Counted from the stretch's first letter, positions 28,490 to 38,921 are shown. The stretch is DNA of 64,000 bases from Collinsella sp. (GCA_048387515.1 DBFMRS010000183.1:16314-80313), one strand, 5' to 3'. Numbers and translations: made by a program. The notes: generated by a model from the sequence alone, not told the origin.

Positions 28490-29001
28490 ATGAACAATCC
28501 GGCCCAACAAGCCCGGATGAAACACGTGCTACATCAGTATACAGGGGAGTGGGGTAGGGGGTACAAGCGCGCCAGCGGCAAACCGAGAGCATCAACGATG
28601 TGCCTCCACTCTATTTGGATGACGGTACGTGGGTCATTAAGTACTCGGTTCAAGCGCCGGGCACCGTTGGTTTTCGAGACCAGAATCACAACCGTAAAAT
28701 GCTCAACTGCATGGAATGTGGCGTCCCAGTCGGAGTCATACTTGCAACCGAGGTGAGCTATAAGGTGCTCGGCCTTGCGTTTGTTGAGCGGTTCAAGCTC
28801 GAAAACGGATGGTTTGGACCCAATACGGTGTTTCTTGAGGCCCATCGCATTGAGTTCGATCGCTCGGAAAAGAAGCGTGAAAGGCGGGGCTTCTGCCGTA
28901 TTAGCGTATTTGGCTTTGGCGGTCTTTTACGATCGTGTTGTTTGATCGGATCGCGTGGCGATGCAATCTCGCGCACGCCTGCCGGTGCATGCTCTTCCTG
29001 A
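28490..29001 (+). pseudogene. Probable degenerate remnant of a restriction/HNH-associated N-terminal domain
   Basis: PPLYLDDGTWVIKY...N..M.NCMECGVPVGV....YKVLGLAFVE looks protein-like; adjacent frames are broken; lower GC. Confidence 0.35.
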
Positions 29002-29050
29002 TTTGTATAGCGAGAGGGGAGCGAGCGTGAGCTGGCGAGGCGATATTGCG

Positions 29051-29311
29051 ATGGGGAAGTACGGAAAACTGCCGTGTGCCCTTATAGACAACAAAATGTT
29101 TCCGAGCGTAGAAGTTGATTGCGGGTCGTTTGTCATCGCCTGTCCTTGCTGCGGCTCGCAAATACCGTGCCTCGACATTCGGTTCATCGATGCGCGCGAC
29201 AGACTTAGCGACGAAGTGAGAAAACGGACAGGCGTTCATATGCCGGTGTATTCGGAGAAATGCTCTGTTTGTGGCCTCGATATCGTGTACGACGCCGGCG
29301 ACGAGGGATAG
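29051..29311 (+). CDS. Small Cys-rich (zinc-ribbon-like) hypothetical protein
   Basis: CPCCG ... CSVCG pairs; SD gagg upstream. Confidence 0.55.
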   Translation: MGKYGKLPCALIDNKMFPSVEVDCGSFVIACPCCGSQIPCLDIRFIDARDRLSDEVRKRTGVHMPVYSEKCSVCGLDIVYDAGDEG

Positions 29312-29348
29312 GTGATGCAGAGGAGTTGGCTGCGAGTGTCTTTTGCCT

Positions 29349-30035
29349 CTACAAATAAATCCCCTCACCGAGTTGCTTGTGGAACTCGGCGTGATGGTCG
29401 CGTGCCCAGGTAAAGAGCGCCTGGTCAAAGTCGGTACGCGTGGCCGGGACGCCAAAGACGCCGGCAACTTCGACGCGTATAAACTCCAGTGCCGGCAGCT
29501 TGTTGATGGCAGTGAGGGCAAACGGGGACGAGGGCTCCTCGAACAGATAGCGGCTGCCTTGCAGCGCGTCGCAACTGGTGCACGTGTTGCCGAGCGACGG
29601 GGCTTTGGAGGCTCGCGCGCCTACGGGCTTGTAGCCGCAGCGCTTATGAAGGTAGTCGCGGATCTCGCCCGGCACGCAGCCAAGAGCGGGCACGATGGCG
29701 AGTGCGTTGGCGTTGGCCGTGTCGATGGCAATGTGCCCGGCTTCGTTGGGCGCGTGCGCGATGGCGGTGCTCTCGTCGTTATCGGCTCGATAGGGAATGC
29801 CGAAGGCCGCGACCGAGGTCTCTTTGTGACACTTCCAGCACTCGCGCTTGCCCAGTACTAGATATATATACGGCGCTGAGGGGTCGGATCGGTCAACACC
29901 GGGCAGCCACTCGGCAAAGGACTCGGGGTTGACGCCGCTGGGCACATACCAGATCTTCTTGGTCCGGTCCCATTTGGCGCCCAGCGCCTTGGCTTCTTCT
30001 TTGTGCGAAAAGGGGACATCGAGCTCGGTGCGCAT
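29349..30035 (-). CDS. DUF5710-domain protein with zinc-finger region
   Basis: LDVPFSHKEEAKALGAKWD..KKIWYVP; CWKC and CTSC pairs. Confidence 0.8.
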   Translation of the reverse strand: MRTELDVPFSHKEEAKALGAKWDRTKKIWYVPSGVNPESFAEWLPGVDRSDPSAPYIYLVLGKRECWKCHKETSVAAFGIPYRADNDESTAIAHAPNEAGHIAIDTANANALAIVPALGCVPGEIRDYLHKRCGYKPVGARASKAPSLGNTCTSCDALQGSRYLFEEPSSPFALTAINKLPALEFIRVEVAGVFGVPATRTDFDQALFTWARDHHAEFHKQLGEGIYL

Positions 30036-30276
30036 GGTGGCTCCTTGGTGCTGCAGGTGTAAGTGGCTCAAGGATACCGAGGGCGCAGACATCGCGGCGT
30101 TTTGCTGAGGAGTTGCGGCTTGGATGGGTTCGAGACGCGTTGGCCTCGGCCTCGGTGGCTATTGACGCGGTTTTGTGCATGGGCAGGGTGGTTGCTTGGG
30201 CGGTTGGAGCAGCCAGCGGATTTGGCGACATAAAACAAAACAGCCCAGAGGACATAGCCTCTGAGCTGCGAACATT

Positions 30277-30351
30277 TGGTGGGCGTTAGAAGATTTGAAC
30301 TTCTGACCTCTTCCGTGTCAGGGAAGCGCTCTCCCCCTGAGCTAAACGCCC
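30277..30351 (-). tRNA. tRNA-Val(GAC)
   Basis: Reverse strand GGGCGTTTAGCTCAG...CTTCC-CT GAC AC-GGAAG...GTTCAAATC...CGCCCACCA cloverleaf. Confidence 0.96.
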
Positions 30352-30640
30352 GATCAAGGGTGCGCAAGCGCGCAAGGGATAATATAACGGAGCCTGAACT
30401 CGGTGGCAAGAACATTTTTAAAAATCGCTTACATTGTGGAATTCGGGGGCTTTGTCGTATCCATTTCAAAAGAGCCTGCTGCCGCGATTTGGCTGTCGCA
30501 TAATGCAAGGCCATTGCGGTATCGAGCTATGGAAAGACGCCTGCGGAATTGTCCTACCGATAAGCGGACAAGCCTCCAGCTGGTGACTTCGCCGTGGTAA
30601 GGTAAGCCGAATTGTTTCCAGACTGTTTCGGGGGAGTGGA

Positions 30641-31663
30641 ATGAGCAAAGAGTGTGTCGAGCAGGTCGAAGGCGCAGGGGCTTCGGTGCCGATGACCGAT
30701 ATATCGAACATTGATGTGCCCGAGGGCACCGACGAGCTCAGCCGTAGCACCCGCCGCGCCTGGCGCGGGCGTCTGAACAGCGCTTCGACGCGCAAGATGA
30801 TCACGGGCGTCTTGGCTACGCTGGTGGGCGGTTCGTTTTGGGGCTTCTCGGGCACCAGCGCGAGTTTTCTGTTCGATACCTACCACGTCGATACCTTGTG
30901 GCTTATGAGCGTGCGTCAGATTCTCGCCGGTCTACTCTTTATGGCCGTGGTTGTTACGCGCGACCGCGAGCGCCTGATTAAGCTCTGGACCACACCCGCC
31001 GATTGCAAGCAGCTGCTGCTCTTTACCGCCTTTGGCCTGCTGTTCAACCAGTTTTGCTATCTTTCGGCCGTGCGCCTGACCAATGCCGGAACCGCGACGG
31101 TGCTCCAGTGCCTGCAGCTTGTTATCATCATGGGCTACACCTGCGTGATCGATTGCCGCATGCCGCGTACTCGCGAAGTCATCGGCATTGGCCTGGCTCT
31201 GGGTGGAACCTTTTTAATCGCCACCGGCGGCGACCCCACCAGCCTGAATATCTCGCCGCTTGGCCTGGCAGCAGGTCTTATGTGTGCGGTCAGCGCCGCG
31301 TGTATGGCGGTGATTCCCGCCAAGATCCTGCCCGAATACGGCAGCCCCATCGTCACGGGCTCGGCAATGCTCACGGCGGGCGTGGTCTCGTGCGTCTTCG
31401 TGCAGCCTTGGGCGCATATGCCGGCGCTCGACGCCGCCGGCGTCGAGGCGCTTGCGGTGTTCGTGGTTATCGGCTCGTTTTTTGCTTACATGCTCTATAT
31501 GCAGGGCGTTAAGGACATCGGCTCGGTGCGTGCGAGCCTCATCGGAACTGTGGAGCCGGTTTCGGCGACCATCACCAGCGCCGTTATGCTGGGCACGGTG
31601 TTTTTGCCGACCGACCTTATCGGCTTTGCCATGATCATCGTGATGATGTTCCTCACGGTGTAG
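30641..31663 (+). CDS. DMT/EamA-family transporter (start uncertain)
   Basis: FWGFSG, TNAGTATVLQ, ASLIGTVEPVSA. Confidence 0.88.
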   Translation: MSKECVEQVEGAGASVPMTDISNIDVPEGTDELSRSTRRAWRGRLNSASTRKMITGVLATLVGGSFWGFSGTSASFLFDTYHVDTLWLMSVRQILAGLLFMAVVVTRDRERLIKLWTTPADCKQLLLFTAFGLLFNQFCYLSAVRLTNAGTATVLQCLQLVIIMGYTCVIDCRMPRTREVIGIGLALGGTFLIATGGDPTSLNISPLGLAAGLMCAVSAACMAVIPAKILPEYGSPIVTGSAMLTAGVVSCVFVQPWAHMPALDAAGVEALAVFVVIGSFFAYMLYMQGVKDIGSVRASLIGTVEPVSATITSAVMLGTVFLPTDLIGFAMIIVMMFLTV

Positions 31664-31812
31664 CTGGCGCCGCCGCCAAGATGGAAAAGGTGTTGTGCCG
31701 CATTTTCGCCAATTGATGTCCGTGTCTGGAGTTTAGCTGTCGATGCTCAAAATGCCATAAACTAGTAACGTTATGGACTTTTTCATTGCGACTCAATTGC
31801 GAGGATTTCTTT

Positions 31813-34125
31813 ATGGCTGGTAATCACTTTAAGGGCAGCGATAGCGGCCGTCCTGCAGTTCCGCCGCGTCCGAACGGGGCTGGTAAGGCCGGCACGCCGG
31901 GCGGCGCTGGACAGGGCAGTTCCGGTAAGCGCGTGTCCCCGGGCGAGACGGCGATGTTTACCGCTCTGTACGAGCAGTCTCAAAAGGCAAAAAAGACCGG
32001 CCGTGCAAAAGGGAATGTCTTTGCGGGCGGTGCAACCTCCGCGTCGCAGCCGAGCGGGGCTCCTTCGGTGCCTGCGAACAACGCAGGTGCTGCCAACGCC
32101 GCGAATGCCGCCGGCAACGTTAATGCCGGCAAGGCCGCCAACAATACTTCCTCTGCCGGTGGCGCGGGGCTTACGGGTAACCTTGGCACGATCTACACCG
32201 GCGCCTCCGAGACTGGCACGTTCGCCCGCCTGGATGATAGCGGTGCCGAGTTTGCGGGCTCGGGATCCAAGGAAGATTATTACGATTTTGGCTTGAACTA
32301 CGGTAGCGACGCTTCGTCGAGTTCGACCTCTGACGGTCTGGTCCGTCATCGCCATCGCAAGGGCGAGGGCAAGAAGCGTCACACTGGCGCCATTATTGCC
32401 GCTGTAGTCGCGGTGCTTCTCGTTGCGCTTGGCGCAAGCGGCTTTATGCTGCTTAACTCGGCAAAGACCGTAAAGAGCGAAGCGAAGGAGGCTGTCGAGA
32501 TCGTCGGTGGCCTTAAGGACAAGGTCACGTCGGGCGATTTTTCGACGCTGCCTGACGACGCGAAGAAGATCGATGAGCTCTGCGACAGCATGAAGGCGGA
32601 GACTTCGAGCCCGCCGTGGACGGCGGCTTCGTTTATCCCTGTGTATGGCAGTGACATCAACGCAGCCCGCACCATGATTGATGCCCTGTCCGATGTCTCG
32701 AGCAACGCGCTGGTTCCCATGGCCGACAACCTTTCGCAGGCCACGCCCGGCAAGCTGTTCCAGGACGGCATGATTAACGTGTCCGCGCTGCAGGCGGTCG
32801 CCGATTCGCTTTCCAGCAGCTCGAAGGTGTTCAAGAGCGCCAACGAGAAGGTCCAGGGCATTGGCGATACTCATATTTCCCAGGTGACCGAGCTGGTCGA
32901 TAAGGCCAAGGACGGCTTTGCCACCCTCAACGGTGCGGTTGACGCGGCGGAGAAGGTCGCCCCCGTCCTTCCCCAGATGCTCGGCGCCAACGGCCAGACG
33001 CGCAACTACCTTATGTACGCCATGAACAACGTCGAGATTCGTGCTTGCGGCGGCTTTGGCGGTTCGCAGGGCCTGATTTCGGTCACTGACGGTCAGATGT
33101 CGATTGGCGAGTTTGTTCCCCGCATTGGACTCAGCGAGGATGAGGCAGTCGAGAGCGTCGACGAAGAGGATGAGGCGCTGTTCGGCAACCACAGTAACCT
33201 GTACAACTCGGGCAATACCTATTCGCCTGATTGGCCCCGCAACTCGCAGCGTGTCGCCGCGCTGTGGAAGTCCCAGTATGGACAGGACGTTGATGGCGTC
33301 ATCGGTATCGACCCGGTGTTCCTGCAGTATCTGCTGGGCCTGGTCGGTAACGTGTCACTGCCCGACGGAACGGTTGTCGACGGCACCAACGCCGCAAAGG
33401 TCCTCATGCACGATGTGTACTGGAACTATCCGGTCGAGGAGTCTGACGGCATCTTTGCATCCGTCGCCAGCGCTGCCTTCGACAAGATCCTTGGCGGTAT
33501 CGGCGATGTCGATGTTGCGAAGCTTGTCAGCGCCGTTGAGCGCGGTGCCGAAGAGGGCCGCCTGATCGCTTGGATGAGAAACGATGATGAGCAGAATGCC
33601 ATCAAAGAGACGGGCATTGACGCTTCGCTGCCCGATCCGGATGATCCGAGTGCCGATCCCGTTGCCGGCGTTTACTTTAACAACCTGAGCTTCTCCAAGC
33701 TCGACTGGTATCTGAACGCCGACACGCAGATTGGCCAGGGCGTGAAGAACGGCGACGGCACGTGCTCCTATCGCATCACCGTTACCCTGACGAACATCAT
33801 GACGCAGGAGGAGGCTGGCAAGCTGCCCGACTACGTTGCGGCGAGCGCACCCGATGCCGCGCGTGACGACGAGCGTCTGAATGTCTCGTTGTTTGCCCCG
33901 ACGGGCGGCAACATTACTGATCTGACCGTCGAGGGTACCCAGTTTGGTCTTGGCGCCGCTACGTGGCATGGAATCCCCTTCTATTCGGGCACCGTTGACC
34001 TGCATGCTGGCGAGACGACGACGATCACGTATACGCTGACCACGTCGGCCGAGGCGGGGGACAAGCCGCTTACGCTGCGTCAGACTCCTACATGCCAGGC
34101 GGCTCGCGACAGCGCGTCGGCGTAG
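31813..34125 (+). CDS. DUF4012-domain membrane-anchored protein
   Basis: Low-complexity N-terminus, single TM, LG..G..RNYL...NN.EIRA.GG, SPDWP, VDGVIGIDP, SKLDWY. Confidence 0.85.
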   Translation: MAGNHFKGSDSGRPAVPPRPNGAGKAGTPGGAGQGSSGKRVSPGETAMFTALYEQSQKAKKTGRAKGNVFAGGATSASQPSGAPSVPANNAGAANAANAAGNVNAGKAANNTSSAGGAGLTGNLGTIYTGASETGTFARLDDSGAEFAGSGSKEDYYDFGLNYGSDASSSSTSDGLVRHRHRKGEGKKRHTGAIIAAVVAVLLVALGASGFMLLNSAKTVKSEAKEAVEIVGGLKDKVTSGDFSTLPDDAKKIDELCDSMKAETSSPPWTAASFIPVYGSDINAARTMIDALSDVSSNALVPMADNLSQATPGKLFQDGMINVSALQAVADSLSSSSKVFKSANEKVQGIGDTHISQVTELVDKAKDGFATLNGAVDAAEKVAPVLPQMLGANGQTRNYLMYAMNNVEIRACGGFGGSQGLISVTDGQMSIGEFVPRIGLSEDEAVESVDEEDEALFGNHSNLYNSGNTYSPDWPRNSQRVAALWKSQYGQDVDGVIGIDPVFLQYLLGLVGNVSLPDGTVVDGTNAAKVLMHDVYWNYPVEESDGIFASVASAAFDKILGGIGDVDVAKLVSAVERGAEEGRLIAWMRNDDEQNAIKETGIDASLPDPDDPSADPVAGVYFNNLSFSKLDWYLNADTQIGQGVKNGDGTCSYRITVTLTNIMTQEEAGKLPDYVAASAPDAARDDERLNVSLFAPTGGNITDLTVEGTQFGLGAATWHGIPFYSGTVDLHAGETTTITYTLTTSAEAGDKPLTLRQTPTCQAARDSASA

Positions 34126-34208
34126 GGTTTTTCTGGTAGCGCAGATAATCGAGTACCATTTTGGGGCGGACAGGCAATCTGTCCGCCCCTATTTTGTAAG
34201 GAGAGCGC

Positions 34209-35540
34209 ATGAAGTACTTTGGCACCGACGGCTTTCGCGGTGAGGCCAACGTTGGGCTGACGGTAGAGCACGCTTATAAGATTGGCCGTTTTGTGGGCTG
34301 GTATTATGGCGCCAACCGCGAGCGCAAGGCGCGCGTCATCGTGGGCAAGGACACACGTCGCTCGAGTTATATGTTCGAGGCGGCGCTGGTGAGTGGCCTG
34401 GTCGCGAGCGGTGCGGACGCCTATATGCTGCACGTGATCCCCACGCCGGGCGTAGCGCATCAGACCGTGGAAGGCTGCTTCGATTGCGGCATCATGATCA
34501 GCGCGAGCCACAACCCGTTTTGCGATAACGGCATTAAGCTTGTCAACAGCGACGGCTTTAAGATGGACGAGGACGTACTGGAGCTCATCGAGGACTATAT
34601 CGATGACAAGAGTGAGGTGCCGCTGGCCACGGGCAACCACATCGGCGCCACGGTGGACTACATGCAGGGCCGCAACCGCTACATTGCTTCGCTCATCGCC
34701 AGCGCGAACTTTTCGCTGCAGGGCGTCAAGATCGGTATTGACTGCGCCAACGGCTCGGCTTCCTCGGTGGCCAAGCCAGTGTTCGACGCGCTGGGCGCCG
34801 ACGTGCGCGTGATCAACGCCGCGCCCGATGGCTTTAACATCAACGTCGACTGCGGCTCCACGCATATGGAGCGCCTGCAGCGCCATGTGGTGGAGCAGGG
34901 CCTGGACGTGGGCTTTGCCTACGACGGCGATGCCGACCGCTGCTTGGCCGTGGATGAGCGCGGTCGCGTGGTAGACGGCGACCAGATCCTGTACGTGTGC
35001 GGCGTGTATCTGAACAAGCACGGGCGACTCTCGGGCGGTACCGTGGTGCCGACGATTGCCAGCAACTTTGGCCTGGTCAAGTCGCTGGAGCTTGCCGGTC
35101 TGAGCGCCGTGACCAGCGGCGTGGGCGACCGTCACGTGTATGCCAAGATGCGCGAGGGCGGCTATAGCCTGGGTGGCGAGCAGACGGGCCATACGATCTT
35201 TGGCGATATCGAGCGCACGGGCGACGGCATTATGACCTCGCTGCGCGTGATGGAAGTGATTCGTGCCGAGCGCGAGACGCTCTCGCAGCTCACGGCTCCG
35301 TGCAAGCTGCTGCCGCAGGCGCAGGTGGCCGTGCACGTGGCGGACAAGGACGCCGCGCTCGAGAACATGGGCGTGCAGAACGCCATCGCCGAGGCCGAGG
35401 CTGCGCTGGCAGGCGAGGGCCGCGTGCTCGTACGCAAGAGCGGAACCGAGTCTGTGATTCGCGTTTTGGCCGAAGCCCCCGACCAAGCCGCCGCCGATGC
35501 CGCCATGAAGCGCATCGCAAGTGCTCTGGAAGCTCTTTAG
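34209..35540 (+). CDS. glmM: Phosphoglucosamine mutase
   Basis: KYFGTDGFRG, ISASHNP..DNGIK, DGDADR, GGEQTGH, RKSGTE. Confidence 0.95.
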   Translation: MKYFGTDGFRGEANVGLTVEHAYKIGRFVGWYYGANRERKARVIVGKDTRRSSYMFEAALVSGLVASGADAYMLHVIPTPGVAHQTVEGCFDCGIMISASHNPFCDNGIKLVNSDGFKMDEDVLELIEDYIDDKSEVPLATGNHIGATVDYMQGRNRYIASLIASANFSLQGVKIGIDCANGSASSVAKPVFDALGADVRVINAAPDGFNINVDCGSTHMERLQRHVVEQGLDVGFAYDGDADRCLAVDERGRVVDGDQILYVCGVYLNKHGRLSGGTVVPTIASNFGLVKSLELAGLSAVTSGVGDRHVYAKMREGGYSLGGEQTGHTIFGDIERTGDGIMTSLRVMEVIRAERETLSQLTAPCKLLPQAQVAVHVADKDAALENMGVQNAIAEAEAALAGEGRVLVRKSGTESVIRVLAEAPDQAAADAAMKRIASALEAL

Positions 35541-35687
35541 TTACGCGGTTTTACCAAACCGCGTAACTGTTCGACGCTGCAAACGACCCTAAGCGGCAAT
35601 CTGACGTTCAATTTCAAGGGCGCGACCAGAAGGTCAGCGCCCTTTCATTTCACGTCACCTTGCTCGCTTAGGGTCGTTTTCGCTGAC
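35540..35687. repeat. Structured intergenic repeat, copy B
   Basis: Homologous to 14667-14860 with compensatory stem changes. Confidence 0.85.
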
Positions 35688-35714
35688 GTTGCCAAGACAT
35701 TGGCGTCAACATGG

Positions 35715-35744
35715 TTGGCGTTGGCGTTGGCGTTGGCGATGGCG
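35715..35744. repeat. (TTGGCG)4-5 hexanucleotide tandem repeat
   Basis: Four ttggcg copies followed by atggcg. Confidence 0.8.
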
Positions 35745-35757
35745 TGCTGGTCAATCC

Positions 35758-37341
35758 TTACAGTTGGTACAGCGTGGTGAACTTGTCCTGCAGGTAGCTG
35801 CAGTAGTAGCGGGCATCGAACGCCATGCCGCATGCGCCCTTGATGAGTTCCGGTGCGTCCTTGGCGCGGCCCCACTGCCAAATGTGCTCGCCCAGCCAGG
35901 CACGGACGGGCGCCAGATCGCCGCTCGCGCAGGCACCGGTAAGGTCGACGCCGTCGCGGCACATGGCCGGCACGAACATGGCGTCGTAGGCGCTGCCCAG
36001 CGCATAGGTGGGGAAGTAGCCAAACGAGCCACCGCTCCAGTGCGTATCCTGCAGGCAACCGTGCGTGTCGTCGGGAACGGGAATGCCCAGGTACTCGTCC
36101 ATAAAGCGATTCCAAAGCGCGGGGATATCCTTGGCCATGGCCTCGCCGGCAAACAGCATGCGCTCGATTTGGTAGCGCACCATAACGTGCAGCGGATAGG
36201 TGAGCTCGTCGGCCTCGGTGCGGATCAGCGACGGCTGCGCGATGTTCACGGCGCGGTAGAGCGTGTCCTCGTCGACGTCGCCGTAGACCTCGGGTGCGTG
36301 GCGGCGCAGCACCTCGAGCAGCGGTCCCATAAAGGCGCGGCTGCGACCCACGGTGTTCTCGAAGAAGCGGCTCTGGCTCTCGTGGATGCCCATGGAGGTG
36401 CCACCCTCAAGACAGGTGCGCGCATAGGCAGGATTGACGCCCAGCTCGTACATGGCGTGTCCCGCCTCGTGGATGATGCTGTAGACGTTGGAGATGCAAT
36501 CGTCCTCGTAGATGTGTGTCGCGATGCGCGCGTCACCCACGGCAAAGCCCTCGCTAAACGGGTGCTCGGTAAAGGCAAGCGTGGAGTCGTCCAGGTTCAG
36601 GCCGACAAGCTTCATAAGGTCGAAGCTCATGGCGCGCTGGGCGGCTTCGGGCACGCGGGCGTGCAAAAAGTCGGCATCGGGCTGCTGGCTGCGCTCGCCG
36701 ATGGCGTGCACGAGCGGCACGACCGTCGCCTTGACCTCATCGCAAAACGTATCGAAGCTCTTGGCGGAAAGGCCGCGCTCGTACTGGTCGAGCCAAACAT
36801 CGTATGGGTCGCGCTTGGGGTCCATAAGTTCGGCCTGATGCTTGAGCTGGCCCACAATCTTGTCCACATAGGGCTCAAAGCTCGCCCAGTCGTTGGCCGC
36901 CTTTGCTTTATGCCACACGGCGTCGGCCTCGCAGGTGAGCCTGGTCCAGGCTTCGGCCTCCTCGGTAGGAATAACGCTTGCCTCGCGCTGGTCGCGGCCG
37001 AGCACGCGGATCTCGTCGAGCAGCTGCGGGTCGTCTACGTGTCCGCCTGCAACCGTCTCGCGCGCTAACGAGCGTACGAGCTCAACGGACTTCTCGCTGG
37101 TCAGTAGCTTGTGATGCTCGCCGGCAAGGGTTCCCATGGCGTCGGCGCGTGCTGCGGCGCCGTTGGCAGGAGCAATCGTCGCTCCATCGAACTCGGCAAT
37201 CTTGAGCAGGTACTCGCGAGTCCACAGCTTGCCCTCGAGTTTGCGGAACTTTTTGACGGCCTTGTCAACTTTAGCGGCCTTGACGCCCTTGGCGGCCTTT
37301 GCCACGGCGGCCTTGGCCTTCTTATCGAGTTTCTTTCCCAT
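35758..37341 (-). CDS. Carboxypeptidase, M32 family
   Basis: HPF, IHEAGHAMYE, HESQS, IRTEADE, QDTHW, GYFPTYALG. Confidence 0.95.
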   Translation of the reverse strand: MGKKLDKKAKAAVAKAAKGVKAAKVDKAVKKFRKLEGKLWTREYLLKIAEFDGATIAPANGAAARADAMGTLAGEHHKLLTSEKSVELVRSLARETVAGGHVDDPQLLDEIRVLGRDQREASVIPTEEAEAWTRLTCEADAVWHKAKAANDWASFEPYVDKIVGQLKHQAELMDPKRDPYDVWLDQYERGLSAKSFDTFCDEVKATVVPLVHAIGERSQQPDADFLHARVPEAAQRAMSFDLMKLVGLNLDDSTLAFTEHPFSEGFAVGDARIATHIYEDDCISNVYSIIHEAGHAMYELGVNPAYARTCLEGGTSMGIHESQSRFFENTVGRSRAFMGPLLEVLRRHAPEVYGDVDEDTLYRAVNIAQPSLIRTEADELTYPLHVMVRYQIERMLFAGEAMAKDIPALWNRFMDEYLGIPVPDDTHGCLQDTHWSGGSFGYFPTYALGSAYDAMFVPAMCRDGVDLTGACASGDLAPVRAWLGEHIWQWGRAKDAPELIKGACGMAFDARYYCSYLQDKFTTLYQL

Positions 37342-37475
37342 ACCGTATCCTTAATCTCGCAGGCCGAGCGCCGCAAGCGGGTGCGCGGCTAGTTTGCACA
37401 GCTACCTGCCTTGTACCCAGCGCGAACAAAACGGAACGCGGCGATGCGCTCGCGAAATGTGTTATCCTATAGCCT

Positions 37476-37760
37476 AATGCGTTGACGGAGAGGGTTTTGC
37501 CCGCCGCGTCGCCGGCAAGAGAGGGAAGGTCATGGGCTGCAAGCCTTCCTGCGGTGGCAAGGGCCAAGCGTTCGCTCCCGAGCAGCAACCTCAACGGGCG
37601 CGCGGCCAGCGGCGGCGAAGCCCCAGTAGGGAAGCCGTGAGCCTCGCGATAAGGGGCGCAGAGTGGGCGCGGCGGGCCAGACATCCGCCGGGTCAAACAA
37701 GGTGGTACCGCGGAATTCAACCGTCCTTGGGCAATGTACATGCCCGAGGGCGGTTTTTTG
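37476..37760 (+). promoter_or_regulatory. T-box riboswitch (Phe specifier) with intrinsic terminator
   Basis: Stem I AGAGA/GCTG motifs, TTC specifier 37571-37573, T-box AAGGTGGTACCGCG 37699-37712, terminator aaccgtccttgggca/tgcccgagggcggtt-tttt. Confidence 0.9.
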
Positions 37761-37844
37761 TTACCGAACCGGGCCGCGCATCCGCAACATCGGGCGGCGT
37801 CAGCCGTCCCGGAGCGCGGATGCGCGAGAGACGAAAGGGAAGAC

Positions 37845-38921
37845 ATGAGTCTGATTGATGATCTGGTCAAACTCGAGGAAGAGGCCAAGGAGCTCGTCAC
37901 TAGCGCTGACGACGCCGCCAAGCTCGAGGCCGCGCGCGTTGAGCTGCTCGGCCGCAAGGGCCGTATCACCGGCCTGATGCGCATGATGGGCAAGCTCGCC
38001 CCCGAGGATCGTCCCATGATGGGCAAACGCGCCAACGAGATGCGCCAGCTGATCGAGGGCATGCTCGACGAGCGCACCACCGAGATGAAGACCGCTGCCC
38101 TCAAGCACGCACTCGAGCACGAGGCCGTCGACATCACGCTGCCGGGCATCCGTCCGCAGATCGGTCACCAGCACCTGATCAAGCAGATCATCGAGGAGGC
38201 CGAGGACATCTTCTGCGGCATCGGCTACACCGTCGAGTCCGGCCCCATGGTCGATACCTCCTACTACAACTTCACCGCGCTCAACGCGCCCATGGATCAT
38301 CCGAGCCGCTCGGCTCGCGACACGTTCTATGTGGTCGACAACAACCCCGGCAGCGTCGCGCATCCCGAGGCGCATGCCCATGGCGAGTCCGACGTGCTGC
38401 TGCGCACCCAGACCTCGGGTGTGCAGATCCACACCATGGAGTCGCAGAAGCCGCCCATCTACATGATCTGCCCGGGCACCGTCTACCGTCCCGACACAGC
38501 CGATGCCTGCCACCTGCCGCAGTTCAACCAGATCGAGGGCCTGGTCGTCGACGAGGGTATCACCTTTGGCGATCTTAAGGGCACGCTCGACTACTTTGTT
38601 AAGTGCATGTTTGGCGAGGACCGCAAGACGCGCTATCGCCCGCACTTCTTCCCCTTCACCGAGCCCAGCTGCGAGGTGGACGTGAGCTGCCACGTCTGCG
38701 GCGGCAAGGGCTGCAACTTCTGCAAGCACAGCGGCTGGATCGAGATCCTGGGTTGCGGCATGGTCGACCCCAACGTCCTGATCAACTGCGGCATCGACCC
38801 CGAGAAGTATACCGGCTTCGCCTTTGGTATTGGCGCCGAGCGCGTCGCGGCCCTGCGCTACGACCTGCCCGACCTCAGAACGCTCATGACTGGCGATATG
38901 CGCTTCTTGAATCAGTTCTAG
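37845..38921 (+). CDS. pheS: Phenylalanine-tRNA ligase alpha subunit
   Basis: HPSR...DTFY, LLRTQTSGVQI, FNQIEGL, FPFTEPS, GFAFGIG.ER. Confidence 0.98.
   Translation: MSLIDDLVKLEEEAKELVTSADDAAKLEAARVELLGRKGRITGLMRMMGKLAPEDRPMMGKRANEMRQLIEGMLDERTTEMKTAALKHALEHEAVDITLPGIRPQIGHQHLIKQIIEEAEDIFCGIGYTVESGPMVDTSYYNFTALNAPMDHPSRSARDTFYVVDNNPGSVAHPEAHAHGESDVLLRTQTSGVQIHTMESQKPPIYMICPGTVYRPDTADACHLPQFNQIEGLVVDEGITFGDLKGTLDYFVKCMFGEDRKTRYRPHFFPFTEPSCEVDVSCHVCGGKGCNFCKHSGWIEILGCGMVDPNVLINCGIDPEKYTGFAFGIGAERVAALRYDLPDLRTLMTGDMRFLNQF

Noticed and set aside
35715..35744. (TTGGCG)n as a phase-variation switch
   Set aside because: It lies between convergent gene ends, outside promoters and supported CDSs
37240..37341. 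Lys/Ala-rich N-terminus of the M32 peptidase (and the basic N-terminus of RsgA)
   Set aside because: Low-complexity extensions with uncertain starts; no further evidence of function
38685..38725. CxxC-x4-CxxC insert in PheS
   Set aside because: Common feature of many bacterial PheS proteins
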